Assembly: GCA_040769125.1 (NCBI GenBank)
Contig: JAXGLO010000001.1
Coordinates: 1,565,041 to 1,629,040 of the forward strand
Reading direction: 5' to 3'
Source of the DNA: Thermoleophilia bacterium
Lineage (GTDB): Bacteria > Actinomycetota > Thermoleophilia > UBA2241
Length of the DNA: 64,000 nt
The notes under the pieces: model-generated
The model's database searches: none
The model's input: the letters and a program-made list of their open reading frames with translations, nothing else
Told to the model about the DNA's origin: nothing
Position numbers and translations under genes: made by a program
Shown: piece after piece, positions 20,058-28,546 of the stretch
How the letters are laid out: every line of letters starts with the position of its first letter
Position numbering within the stretch: position 1 is the first letter of the stretch

Positions 20058-21433
20058 TCGACCCCCATCTCCGCGAGTGCCTCGGCCGCCCTCTCGAGGC
20101 GCAGCAGACGCGAGGCCTTCACCAGAACCGCGCTCCCCGGCGACACCACCTCGTGGAGCGCCGCCAGACAGTCCTCGACCGTCGCGAACCAGCGCTCGCC
20201 GGGCGCACCCGTGAGATAGCTGCGGCCGAGCTCGCCGATAGCGACCAGGCGTACCCCTGCCGCCGCGCAGTGGCGGCCGACATCCTCATGGTACTCCTCC
20301 GCGCCCGGACCGAGCTCGTACATCTCGCCGAGAACGGCGACGGTAGGCCGCCCGTCGGCGATGCTCACGAGATGATCGACGGCCGCCTTCATGGCTGTGG
20401 GGTTCGCGTTATAGGCGTCGTTGAGCACGAGGCCGCCGCCGGGCAGCAGCGTGATCACGCCGCGCAAGGCGCTGAAGACGACCTGCGCAGCTCCCTCCGC
20501 CGCCGCCTCGAGCGGATGACCGAGCTCGAGGAAGGCGGCCAGCGCCGCCGTAGCGTCTTCGAGATAGTGGCTGCCGGTGAAGCTGAAGTCGAGCCGGGCA
20601 CGACGCCCGAATGCGTCGACCAGCGCGTGCGTACTCGCTCCTCGTCGCTCGGCATCGACGATGCGCACGTCCGCCGCCACTGCCGCACCGGCGGTCGCGC
20701 CCCCGAACGTGACGACGCGACCGCGATGGCCTCGCACGTGCCCGGCGAGCAGCGGCTCAGCGGCCGGCACCACCGCCGTGCCCCCGTCCAGCTCCTCCAG
20801 AAGCTCGGCTTTGGCCGCCGCGACGTCGGCAAGCGTCCCGACGAGCTCCAGGTGCACGGGCGCGATGGAGGTGATGACCCCCACGTTGGGGCAGGAGATC
20901 CTCGCAAGCTCGCCGATCTGGCCGCGACCGCGCATGCCCATCTCCACGACGACCACCTCGGTGCCCTGCCCGGCCTCCAGAAGCGTCAGCGGTACGCCGA
21001 TCTCGTTGTTCAGGTTGTCGCGCGTGGCGACCACGTCGACCAGCGGCCGCAGCAGCGCCGCGAGGATGTCCTTGGTCGTGGTCTTGCCGGCGCTACCGGT
21101 GATCGCCGCCACGTCGGCGGAGAGCCGGCGTCGTGCGGCGCCGGCCAGCCGCTGGAGGGCGGCGAGGCCGTCGTCGACGACGATACAGGCGGCCGCCTCA
21201 GAAAGCCGCTCAGCCGTCTCCCGGCGCACCACGACCGCCGCCGCGCCCGCCGCCAGAGCCGCGCCGGCATACGCGTCGCCATCGAACCGTTCCCCGCGCA
21301 AGCCGACGAACAGGTCGCCCGGCCGCAGCACCCGGGAGTCGGTGCAGACGCGCTCCACGACGGCCGACGGGTCGCCGCGCTCGAAGAGGCCGCCGCAAGC
21401 CGCAGCTACCTCGGTGAGCATCATCGGGATCAC
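20054..21433 (-). CDS. murF: UDP-MurNAc-tripeptide--D-Ala-D-Ala ligase
   Basis: GERFDG, ITGSAGKTTTK, NNEIGVPLT, EMGM, DAYNANP and LVKASR motifs. Confidence 0.97.
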   Translation of the reverse strand: MIPMMLTEVAAACGGLFERGDPSAVVERVCTDSRVLRPGDLFVGLRGERFDGDAYAGAALAAGAAAVVVRRETAERLSEAAACIVVDDGLAALQRLAGAARRRLSADVAAITGSAGKTTTKDILAALLRPLVDVVATRDNLNNEIGVPLTLLEAGQGTEVVVVEMGMRGRGQIGELARISCPNVGVITSIAPVHLELVGTLADVAAAKAELLEELDGGTAVVPAAEPLLAGHVRGHRGRVVTFGGATAGAAVAADVRIVDAERRGASTHALVDAFGRRARLDFSFTGSHYLEDATAALAAFLELGHPLEAAAEGAAQVVFSALRGVITLLPGGGLVLNDAYNANPTAMKAAVDHLVSIADGRPTVAVLGEMYELGPGAEEYHEDVGRHCAAAGVRLVAIGELGRSYLTGAPGERWFATVEDCLAALHEVVSPGSAVLVKASRLLRLERAAEALAEMGVD

Positions 21434-21437
21434 GGGC

Positions 21438-22946
21438 TCATGCCTCCTCGCCGAACTCGGCCAGCAGCTCGACGACGACGGCCTGATCGTCGAACGGCAA
21501 CCGCCGCTCGCCGATGATCTGGCCCTGCTCGTGTCCCTTGCCGGCGATGAGCACGGTGTCGCCGGGGCGGGCCGCGCGGAGCGACCGGGCGATGGCCTTG
21601 CGGCGATCCTGCTCGACGACGACGGCGCCGGCCCTCTCGGCGGGGATGCCGGCCATGATCTCGTCGATGATGCTCATAGGATCTTCGCTGCGCGGGTTAT
21701 CCGATGTGACGATCGTCATATCGGACAGGCGCGCCGCGATCTCCCCCATCAACGGTCGCTTGCCACGGTCACGGTCGCCCCCGCACCCGAACACGACCGT
21801 GAGACGGCCGCCGGTCAGCGCACGCGCCGCCTGAAGGGCGTTCTCGAGCGAATCCGGTGTGTGCGAGTAGTCGACCACGACGCTGAACGGCTGCCCTGCG
21901 CGCACCGGCTTGAACCGGCCGGGCGCGCCCTGCATGCTCGCGAGGGCCTCAGCGATGTCCGCCGGCGAGACGCCCAGCGCGAGCGCCGTGGTGGCCGCCG
22001 CCAGCGCGTTCTCGACGTTGAAGCGGGCCGCCATCAGCAAGGTGACGCGCTGCTCGACGCCCAGACGCGGCACCCGGAGCGTGAAGGCCGACCCGTCGGC
22101 GCGCAGCTGAAGGTCTGAGGCCAGCGCGTCCGCTGGCTCCTCCCCGGAGCGCGAGCCCTCTACGGCATACGTCCAGAGCGCATCGCCGTACACTGGCCGG
22201 CACTCCTCTGCAAGCAGCCGACCGTAGGCGTCGCCGACGTTGACAACCGCGACCGCCGAGCCGTTGCGCGCGCCGTCAGGCAGGAAGAGCCGTCGTTTCG
22301 CGGCGAAGTAGTCGTCGAGATCGGCGTGGTAGTCGAGGTGATCGCGCGTGAGGTTGCTGAAGACGACCGCGTCGAAGTCGATGTCGGCGCTGCGCTCCTG
22401 AGCGAGCGCGTGGGAGCTGACCTCGAGGACGCACGCCCCGTCGCCCGCCTCGACCATCTCGCGAAACATGCGCTGCAGATCGAGCGACTCGGCCGTCGTG
22501 AGCGGCGCCGGGTACTCACGACTGCCGATCCGATTGACGACGGTGCCGAGCAGCCCCGAGGGCAGGCCAGCCGCGGAGAAGATCCCGGCGAGCAGATGAG
22601 CCGTGGTGGTCTTGCCGTTGGTGCCGGTGACGCCCACGACGCGCAGCTCGCGCGATGGATCACCGTACCAGCGCGCCGCGATGGCCGCCATTGCGCGCCG
22701 CACCGACGGAACGACGACGTGCGGCACCGGCTCAGCGGTCTCGCGCTCGCAGACGAGCGCGGTCGCCCCTGCGGCGACCGCCTGCCCTGCGTACTCGTGT
22801 CCGTCGCAGGCGGCGCCGGGCACACAAAAGAAAAGCGTGCCGTCGGCGACGTCACGCGTATGGCAGGCGAGCCCTCTGATGGCGGTGGACGCATCGCCGC
22901 GCACGGTGACGCTCGCGACCCCCTCGAGCAACGCAGCAAGCTTCAT
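21438..22946 (-). CDS. murE: UDP-MurNAc-dipeptide--meso-DAP ligase
   Basis: GTNGKTT, EVSSH, NLTRDHLDYH, DYSHTPD, GCGGDRD, SDNPR (DAP-type) and AGKGHE motifs. Confidence 0.97.
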   Translation of the reverse strand: MKLAALLEGVASVTVRGDASTAIRGLACHTRDVADGTLFFCVPGAACDGHEYAGQAVAAGATALVCERETAEPVPHVVVPSVRRAMAAIAARWYGDPSRELRVVGVTGTNGKTTTAHLLAGIFSAAGLPSGLLGTVVNRIGSREYPAPLTTAESLDLQRMFREMVEAGDGACVLEVSSHALAQERSADIDFDAVVFSNLTRDHLDYHADLDDYFAAKRRLFLPDGARNGSAVAVVNVGDAYGRLLAEECRPVYGDALWTYAVEGSRSGEEPADALASDLQLRADGSAFTLRVPRLGVEQRVTLLMAARFNVENALAAATTALALGVSPADIAEALASMQGAPGRFKPVRAGQPFSVVVDYSHTPDSLENALQAARALTGGRLTVVFGCGGDRDRGKRPLMGEIAARLSDMTIVTSDNPRSEDPMSIIDEIMAGIPAERAGAVVVEQDRRKAIARSLRAARPGDTVLIAGKGHEQGQIIGERRLPFDDQAVVVELLAEFGEEA

Positions 22947-23037
22947 CCTCAGCCATTCTACCAAAGCGGTGACCCGGAGCTACTCGACGGCCAGCCCGGC
23001 GAAGCACAGCGGCCGGCGCTGAACACGACGGCCGGCT

Positions 23038-24792
23038 TCACGGCGCGATCTCCAGGCGCTGCAAGGCGTAGCGCATGATCTGCCGAACGGCCGGCGCTGC
23101 GATATCGCCACCGTAGATCGAGGTGCGAGGCTCGTCGACGGCGACCAGCACCACGAGCCGCGGGCGCGAGGCGGGCACCATGCCGACGAAAGACGCCACG
23201 TAGTTGGTCTTGGAGTAGCCGCTGCCGTCGGGCAGGGGTTTCTCGGCGGTGCCGGTCTTTCCGGCGACGGCGTAGCCGGGGATCCGCGCCTTGGTGCCCG
23301 TACCCGCGGCCACAGCCGTGGCCAGCATCGAACGCACCTGGGCGGCCACCTTCGCCGGGATCACGCGGCGGCCCGACTTGCGTTCGACCACATCGTCTCC
23401 CACCTGGGCGACCAGCCTCGGCTCGACGCGCACGCCGCCGTTGGCGACGACCGAGAAGGCGACGGCCATCTGCAGCGGGGTGACGGCGATACCCTGCCCC
23501 ATGGGAATGTTCGCTATAGACGTGCCCGACCACTGGTTGGCCGGCGGCACGATGCCCGCCGCCTCGCCGGGGAAGTCGACCCCGGTCGGCCGCCCGAAGC
23601 CGAAGGCCTTCATCCACCTGAGCATGCTAGCCTTGCCCATCTCCATGCCGATCTTGACCGACCCTACGTTGCTCGACCACTGCAGGATCTCCCTCACGGA
23701 GTAGGTGACGACGCCGCGCTCGTGCGATTCGTTGATCGTACGGTCGTAGAGAGTGAGCGAGGACGGCAGCGTATAGTGCTTGGTCGGCGTAACTACACGA
23801 TCGGCGAGCGCCCCCGAGATCGTGACCAGCTTGAAGATGGACCCGGGCTCGTAGACGTCGGTGATGCAGCGGTTGCGGTTGGCGTCGGCGCTGCGGCTGA
23901 AATCGTGGTTCTTGACCTTGGGCACGCTGGCCATGGCCAGGATATCGCCGGTGCGCGGCGCCATGACGATGGCGACGGCCGCTTTGGCGGAGGAGCTGCT
24001 CACGGTGCGAGCAAGGACGTCCTCGGCGGTGAACTGGATGTTCTCGTCGATGGTCAGGCGCACATCGGTGCCGGCCACCGGCTGTTTCTGGTTGACGACC
24101 TTCAGAGCGTGGCCGGCGGGATCGCGCACGACCTCCTCGCTGCCGGGTGTGCCGCTCAGCTCCTTGTCGAACTCCAGCTCGATGCCGGCGAGACCCGTGT
24201 TATCGACGCCGACGAAGCCCAGCACCTGCGCCAGGGAGCCCTTCATCGGATAGAGGCGCTCCACCTCCTCGTAGGCGCCAACACCCGGCAGATCGAGAGC
24301 CAGAGCGGCCTTTGCCAACGCCGGATCGACCTTGCGCGCCACGAAGGCGAATCCGCTCTCGCGGTCGGCCAGAGCCTTGGCGATCGCCTTGCGATCCCGA
24401 CTCTCGCGGATCTGGAGCACATCGGCGAGCCGGCGGGCAGCGACAGCGGGGTTGTCCAGCATATATGGGGTGGCGAACACCGTCTGCGCCGACTTGCCCA
24501 CGGCCAGCTCCTGACCGTAACGATCGAGAATAGCGCCGCGATGCGCCGGGACGGTCACGCGCGCGGTCTGCTGCTGCCGCGCCAGCTCGGTGAGGCGCTC
24601 CGACGACGTAGCGAGAGCGACCGCCTTCCCGCCCACGAACACCAGAAACACGATGAAGACGAAGCGGAGCAGGCGGATGCGGCCGTCGACCCCGCTCACA
24701 CCGCCGCCACCTGTCGCGCGGCCTCCGGGCGCGCGGAACCCGGCGCCGCGCCGGCTGCCTGCGCGACGCCTCGATGTGGGCACGCCCGCCAT
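23038..24792 (-). CDS. ftsI: Class B penicillin-binding protein FtsI
   Basis: RGAILDR, YEPGSIFK (SxxK), SSN (SxN) and KTGTA motifs. Confidence 0.95.
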   Translation of the reverse strand: MAGVPTSRRRAGSRRGAGFRAPGGRATGGGGVSGVDGRIRLLRFVFIVFLVFVGGKAVALATSSERLTELARQQQTARVTVPAHRGAILDRYGQELAVGKSAQTVFATPYMLDNPAVAARRLADVLQIRESRDRKAIAKALADRESGFAFVARKVDPALAKAALALDLPGVGAYEEVERLYPMKGSLAQVLGFVGVDNTGLAGIELEFDKELSGTPGSEEVVRDPAGHALKVVNQKQPVAGTDVRLTIDENIQFTAEDVLARTVSSSSAKAAVAIVMAPRTGDILAMASVPKVKNHDFSRSADANRNRCITDVYEPGSIFKLVTISGALADRVVTPTKHYTLPSSLTLYDRTINESHERGVVTYSVREILQWSSNVGSVKIGMEMGKASMLRWMKAFGFGRPTGVDFPGEAAGIVPPANQWSGTSIANIPMGQGIAVTPLQMAVAFSVVANGGVRVEPRLVAQVGDDVVERKSGRRVIPAKVAAQVRSMLATAVAAGTGTKARIPGYAVAGKTGTAEKPLPDGSGYSKTNYVASFVGMVPASRPRLVVLVAVDEPRTSIYGGDIAAPAVRQIMRYALQRLEIAP

Positions 24793-25244
24793 CAGGGCTT
24801 CGCGGCCACCCTGGTGAGGCCCGCGCCCGCGCCCTTTCTCGCCTTCAGGTACTCGAGGTGGGCCGGGTACTGCAGGCCGAGCTTGTCGGACGCGATCCGC
24901 TGGATGCGAACCGACGAGCCGAGCTCGGCCAGATCCTCACTGAGCCGCGCGTTCTCGGCGCTGAGCCGGCGCTCCTCGCGGACGATTGCGTCGGTCTGCA
25001 GCGTCTTCTCGACGACGGCAAAACTGATCCAGACGCGCCCGACGGCGAGCAGCGCCACGCAGACCACGAAGGCCACGAAGAGGCGCATCAGGCGCGGGCC
25101 GGGAGCGACCCGGCGGGCGGCCACGGGGGCGGTGCGACGAACAGCCCCAGCGGGGCTGCTGCGCTGCTGCACGTTGGAGATGGACGGTCGCCCGGCGCCA
25201 GCCCTGGAAGAAACAGGGCGCCGAGCCTCTGCCGCGGCGCCCAC
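24792..25244 (-). CDS. ftsL: Cell division protein FtsL-like
   Basis: Single TM, leucine heptad coiled coil (LSAENARLSEDLAELGSSVRIQRIASDKLGL); lies between rsmH and ftsI. Start placed at the GTG just after the rsmH stop. Confidence 0.82.
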   Translation of the reverse strand: MGAAAEARRPVSSRAGAGRPSISNVQQRSSPAGAVRRTAPVAARRVAPGPRLMRLFVAFVVCVALLAVGRVWISFAVVEKTLQTDAIVREERRLSAENARLSEDLAELGSSVRIQRIASDKLGLQYPAHLEYLKARKGAGAGLTRVAAKP

Positions 25245-25246
25245 GT

Positions 25247-26218
25247 CTACAACCCGAGCCGGATCGCGGCGCGCAGCTTGGCCGCTTTGCTGCGCGGGTT
25301 GATCTCGACCTCGTGAGGCCGCGGCGTGAGCGGACGACGCGTGAGGACGCGCAGCGTCGGTTCGTGCCCGCAGACGCACTGCGGAAGGCCCGGCGGGCAG
25401 ATGCAGCCTGCGGCATGACCCCGGAAGAACTCCTTGACCATGCGATCCTCGAGTGAATGGAAGCTCATGACGGCGAGGCGGCCGCCCAGTCGCAGGACCC
25501 GATACGCCTCGTCCAGGCCGTGAGCAAGCGACTGCAACTCGTCGTTGACGACGATGCGCAGCGCCTGAAAGACGCGCCGGGCCGGATTGCCGGCGCCGAA
25601 GCGCGCCGGCGTCGGGATGTTGCGCTTGATGATGTCGACGAGTTCGCGGGTCGTCGTCAGCGAGCGTCGGGCACGCGCCTGGACGATGCCGCGGGCGATG
25701 CTGCGCGCATAGCGCTCCTCGCCGTACCGACGGAAGATGTCGCTCAGCTCCGCCTCGGGCAGCGTGTTCACGAGATCGGCGGCGGTGACTGTGAGGTCCG
25801 GGTCCATGCGCATGTCGAGCGGCGCGTCGTAGGCGTAGGAGAAGCCCCGCTCGCGCCGGTCGAGCTGCATCGATGAGACGCCGAGATCCATATAGATCAT
25901 GTCGGCCGAGCCGTCGGCGAAGCCGGCCAGGACGTCGCTGAACGTGCCGTGGTGGAGCTCGCAGGCGCAGGGAGCCGCGGCCGCCACGTCGCGGAAGTAC
26001 TCGTCGACGCTGGGGTCGCGGTCGATGGCGATGAGCCGGCCCGTGTCGCCGAGGGCAGCCGCTACCGCCTCGGCGTGGCCGCCAGCCCCGAACGTGCAGT
26101 CGACGGCCACTTCACCAGCGGCTGGCCGAAGCACATCGAGAAGCTCGGAGAGGAGCACCGGGGTGTGCGCGAGAGCCATCTCGGGCTCACGAAGATGCGC
26201 GCTCGTCAGCGGGAGCAT
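25247..26218 (-). CDS. rsmH: 16S rRNA m4C1402 methyltransferase
   Basis: HTPVLL, DCTFGAGGH, DLGVSSMQLD, PLDMRMD, FQALRI, SFHSLEDR and NPRS motifs; SD GGAGGAGG. Confidence 0.97.
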   Translation of the reverse strand: MLPLTSAHLREPEMALAHTPVLLSELLDVLRPAAGEVAVDCTFGAGGHAEAVAAALGDTGRLIAIDRDPSVDEYFRDVAAAAPCACELHHGTFSDVLAGFADGSADMIYMDLGVSSMQLDRRERGFSYAYDAPLDMRMDPDLTVTAADLVNTLPEAELSDIFRRYGEERYARSIARGIVQARARRSLTTTRELVDIIKRNIPTPARFGAGNPARRVFQALRIVVNDELQSLAHGLDEAYRVLRLGGRLAVMSFHSLEDRMVKEFFRGHAAGCICPPGLPQCVCGHEPTLRVLTRRPLTPRPHEVEINPRSKAAKLRAAIRLGL

Positions 26219-26627
26219 CGGCTTCCTCCTCCAGTCGGGACAGATACTCGGCCCAGGCGGCGCGATCCCAGATCTCGATGTGGTCGGCCGCCCCGATAAT
26301 GGTGACGTCGCGGCCGATGCCGGCATACTCGAGGTGCCGGGACGAGAGCGTGACGCGGCCCTGCCGATCGAACTCCTGGAACACGGCGTTGGCGGCCAGG
26401 AAGCGCTTGACGTCGCGGCGCTCCGCGGAGCCCGCCGCAGTCGCTTCGGTGTCCTCGGCCAGACGCTGCTGGAACTCGTCCGGCGAGTAGCCGCCGAGGC
26501 AGCGTTCGTTCTCCTTGGTGACGTAGACGCCCTCGGAGAAGTGCGGGCGCAGGCGTGCCGGGATGGCGATGCGATTCTTCGCATCCAGCGTGAACTCGAA
26601 CTCGCCCACCAGGATCGGCCGCTGCAT
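26187..26627 (-). CDS. mraZ: Transcriptional repressor MraZ
   Basis: Two AbrB-like repeats, LDAKNRIAIPA and FDRQGRVTL, plus IEIWD. Confidence 0.96.
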   Translation of the reverse strand: MQRPILVGEFEFTLDAKNRIAIPARLRPHFSEGVYVTKENERCLGGYSPDEFQQRLAEDTEATAAGSAERRDVKRFLAANAVFQEFDRQGRVTLSSRHLEYAGIGRDVTIIGAADHIEIWDRAAWAEYLSRLEEEADAPADERASS

Positions 26628-26632
26628 GGCAG

Positions 26633-26697
26633 CCACTGTAATCCACTTTCCCCCACGATGCAACACATTACTGTCACTATTCCCCACCAAACGCCAC
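26633..26697 (-). promoter_or_regulatory. MraZ operator array (GTGG boxes with ~10-bp period)
   Basis: On the + strand, CCAC or near matches at 26633, 26643, 26653, 26663 (ACAC), 26674 (TCAC), 26684 and 26694, directly upstream of mraZ. Confidence 0.85.
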
Positions 26698-26945
26698 CTG
26701 CCAACACCGCGCCGCGAAAACGGAGCGAACCAGAGCCCGGCGGACGCGAGAGCGGAGGACGGCAAGGGATTCCGGGGGCGGTTTTCCCTTGAGCGCGTGA
26801 GCGTTGATGAACTTCGAACGCGCGCGAGAGCTGATGAGGGACGATACGCGTGGGGCGATGAGCCCGCGCACACGCTCAGAATCGCCGGCGGAACGGCATC
26901 ATGCCCCGGGCGACCGGGCAGGCATGTGGCCCGGGGGAATCTCGG

Positions 26946-27455
26946 CTACCGCCGCGGCAGGCGAAGCTTCTGGCCGACGGCCAGGGAGGTGCTGGAGACG
27001 CCCGGATTGAGCGCGAGGATAGCTTTGGGCGTGGTACCGAAGCGTGCGGCGATCCCCGACAAGGTGTCGCCGCTCTTGACAACGTACACCCTGGGCGTCC
27101 GCTTCGCGGCCGCCGACTTCGCGGGCGAGGGGGACGGAGAGGGCGATGGCGTACCGCCGCCGATCACGCCGGACTGGACCGCCAGGCTGAGGACGATGAT
27201 GACGGCGACGAGGAACGCGGCCGGCGCGGCGATGCGCGCGACTGTGCGCTCGTTCGCACCGAACCGCGCATGGTGAGGCATGCCCCGCGAGGCATGCGCG
27301 GCACGCAAGGGTCGCGGGGCTGGACGCGGTGGCTCGCCAGACCCGGCGCCGCGGCGAGACTCGATCGCCCGCAGACGCCCGAGGGCGTCGGCGAGATCGG
27401 CGTCCGGGGCGTCGCCGCCCGTCAAGTGGCTTGTCGAGTGCGTATGGTCCGTCAT
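26946..27455 (-). CDS. Membrane-anchored LysM peptidoglycan-binding protein
   Basis: TM helix, PSPSPSP linker, C-terminal YVVKSGDTLSGIAARFGT...LNP...LAVGQKLRLP. Confidence 0.9.
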   Translation of the reverse strand: MTDHTHSTSHLTGGDAPDADLADALGRLRAIESRRGAGSGEPPRPAPRPLRAAHASRGMPHHARFGANERTVARIAAPAAFLVAVIIVLSLAVQSGVIGGGTPSPSPSPSPAKSAAAKRTPRVYVVKSGDTLSGIAARFGTTPKAILALNPGVSSTSLAVGQKLRLPRR

Positions 27456-28366
27456 AGTGTGAAAGCCAGCTCGTTGCGCATGGATTCGGCGGCGGCGGCG
27501 ACAAACCTGCGATAGTCGCCCTCGCTTCCCTGCCAGGCGTAGATGATCGAACGTGATGCGTTGACGACGAAGCCGGCCGCCTCGCCGGCGGCGATGCCGC
27601 GCAGCGCGTCGGCGGCGGCACCCTGGGCTCCATAGCCGGGCACCAGCAGGAACGCGCTGGGGAGCGCCTCGCGGACGAGCCTCAGCGACTCCGGCGCGGT
27701 GGCTCCGGCGACCGCGCCCACATCGCTGTAGCCGGCCTCCCCTACCTCGCTGGCGCCCATCTCGGCGACCAGATCGGCGACCCGCAGATAGAGCGGCCGG
27801 CCGCCCACTGCCTGCTCCTGGAGAAGCGCGGCGCCCGGATTGCTCGTGCGCGTGAGGATGAAGACGCCCTTCCCGCGGCGGCAGTGCTCGACGACCGGCG
27901 CCAGCGAGTCGTCGCCGAGGTAGGGGCTGGCCGTGACGGCGTCGGCGCCAAGCCCGGCGACCGGGCCTTCGAAGCCGGGCGCCCCGCCGAAGGCGGCGCG
28001 CGCGTAGGCGGCGCCGGTAGAGGCGATGTCGCCGCGCTTGACATCGAGGATCACGGGCAGCTCATGCTCGTGGGCACAGCGGATGACCGCACCCAGAGCA
28101 CGCCATCCCGGCGCTCCGTACTGCTCGAAGAACGCGGCCTGAGGCTTGACGCAGGCGGCGCTGCCGGCGACCGCCTCGACGATGCCGCAGCAGAACTGCT
28201 CGAAGCAGGCCGCCACAGCCTCCTCGTCGCCGACTTCGGCGGCGCGAGCGCGATGGACGTCGAGGAGCTCCGGCGGCATGCGCTCGAGCATGGGGTCGAG
28301 CCCCACGCACACTACGCTGCGGCGCGCAAGGATCGCAGATGCAAGCCTGTCGGAGAATCGTTGCAT
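27452..28366 (-). CDS. pyrF: Orotidine-5'-phosphate decarboxylase (subfamily 2)
   Basis: CVGLDP, KPQAAFFE, DVKRGDIAST, RTSNP, LVPGYGAQG and VNASRSI motifs. Confidence 0.96.
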   Translation of the reverse strand: MQRFSDRLASAILARRSVVCVGLDPMLERMPPELLDVHRARAAEVGDEEAVAACFEQFCCGIVEAVAGSAACVKPQAAFFEQYGAPGWRALGAVIRCAHEHELPVILDVKRGDIASTGAAYARAAFGGAPGFEGPVAGLGADAVTASPYLGDDSLAPVVEHCRRGKGVFILTRTSNPGAALLQEQAVGGRPLYLRVADLVAEMGASEVGEAGYSDVGAVAGATAPESLRLVREALPSAFLLVPGYGAQGAAADALRGIAAGEAAGFVVNASRSIIYAWQGSEGDYRRFVAAAAESMRNELAFTL

Positions 28367-28546
28367 GCACACCCCTCGGAAGCGCCCTTTTTATCATAGA
28401 TGATGATCTCGCCGTACCGTGAGCGACGCCCGAGGGCGACGGCACGACCCCCTCGTCGCCGGCCCCTGGGCGGCGCCGCGTCGCGCGCGACGGTGCGGCA
28501 TACCGACGCCTGGCCGGGCGAAGGCCGTAACCCGGACGGAGTCCAA

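Noticed and set aside
26828-26885. CTGATGAG as a hammerhead ribozyme core
   Set aside because: No stem II followed by GAAA and no closing stems.
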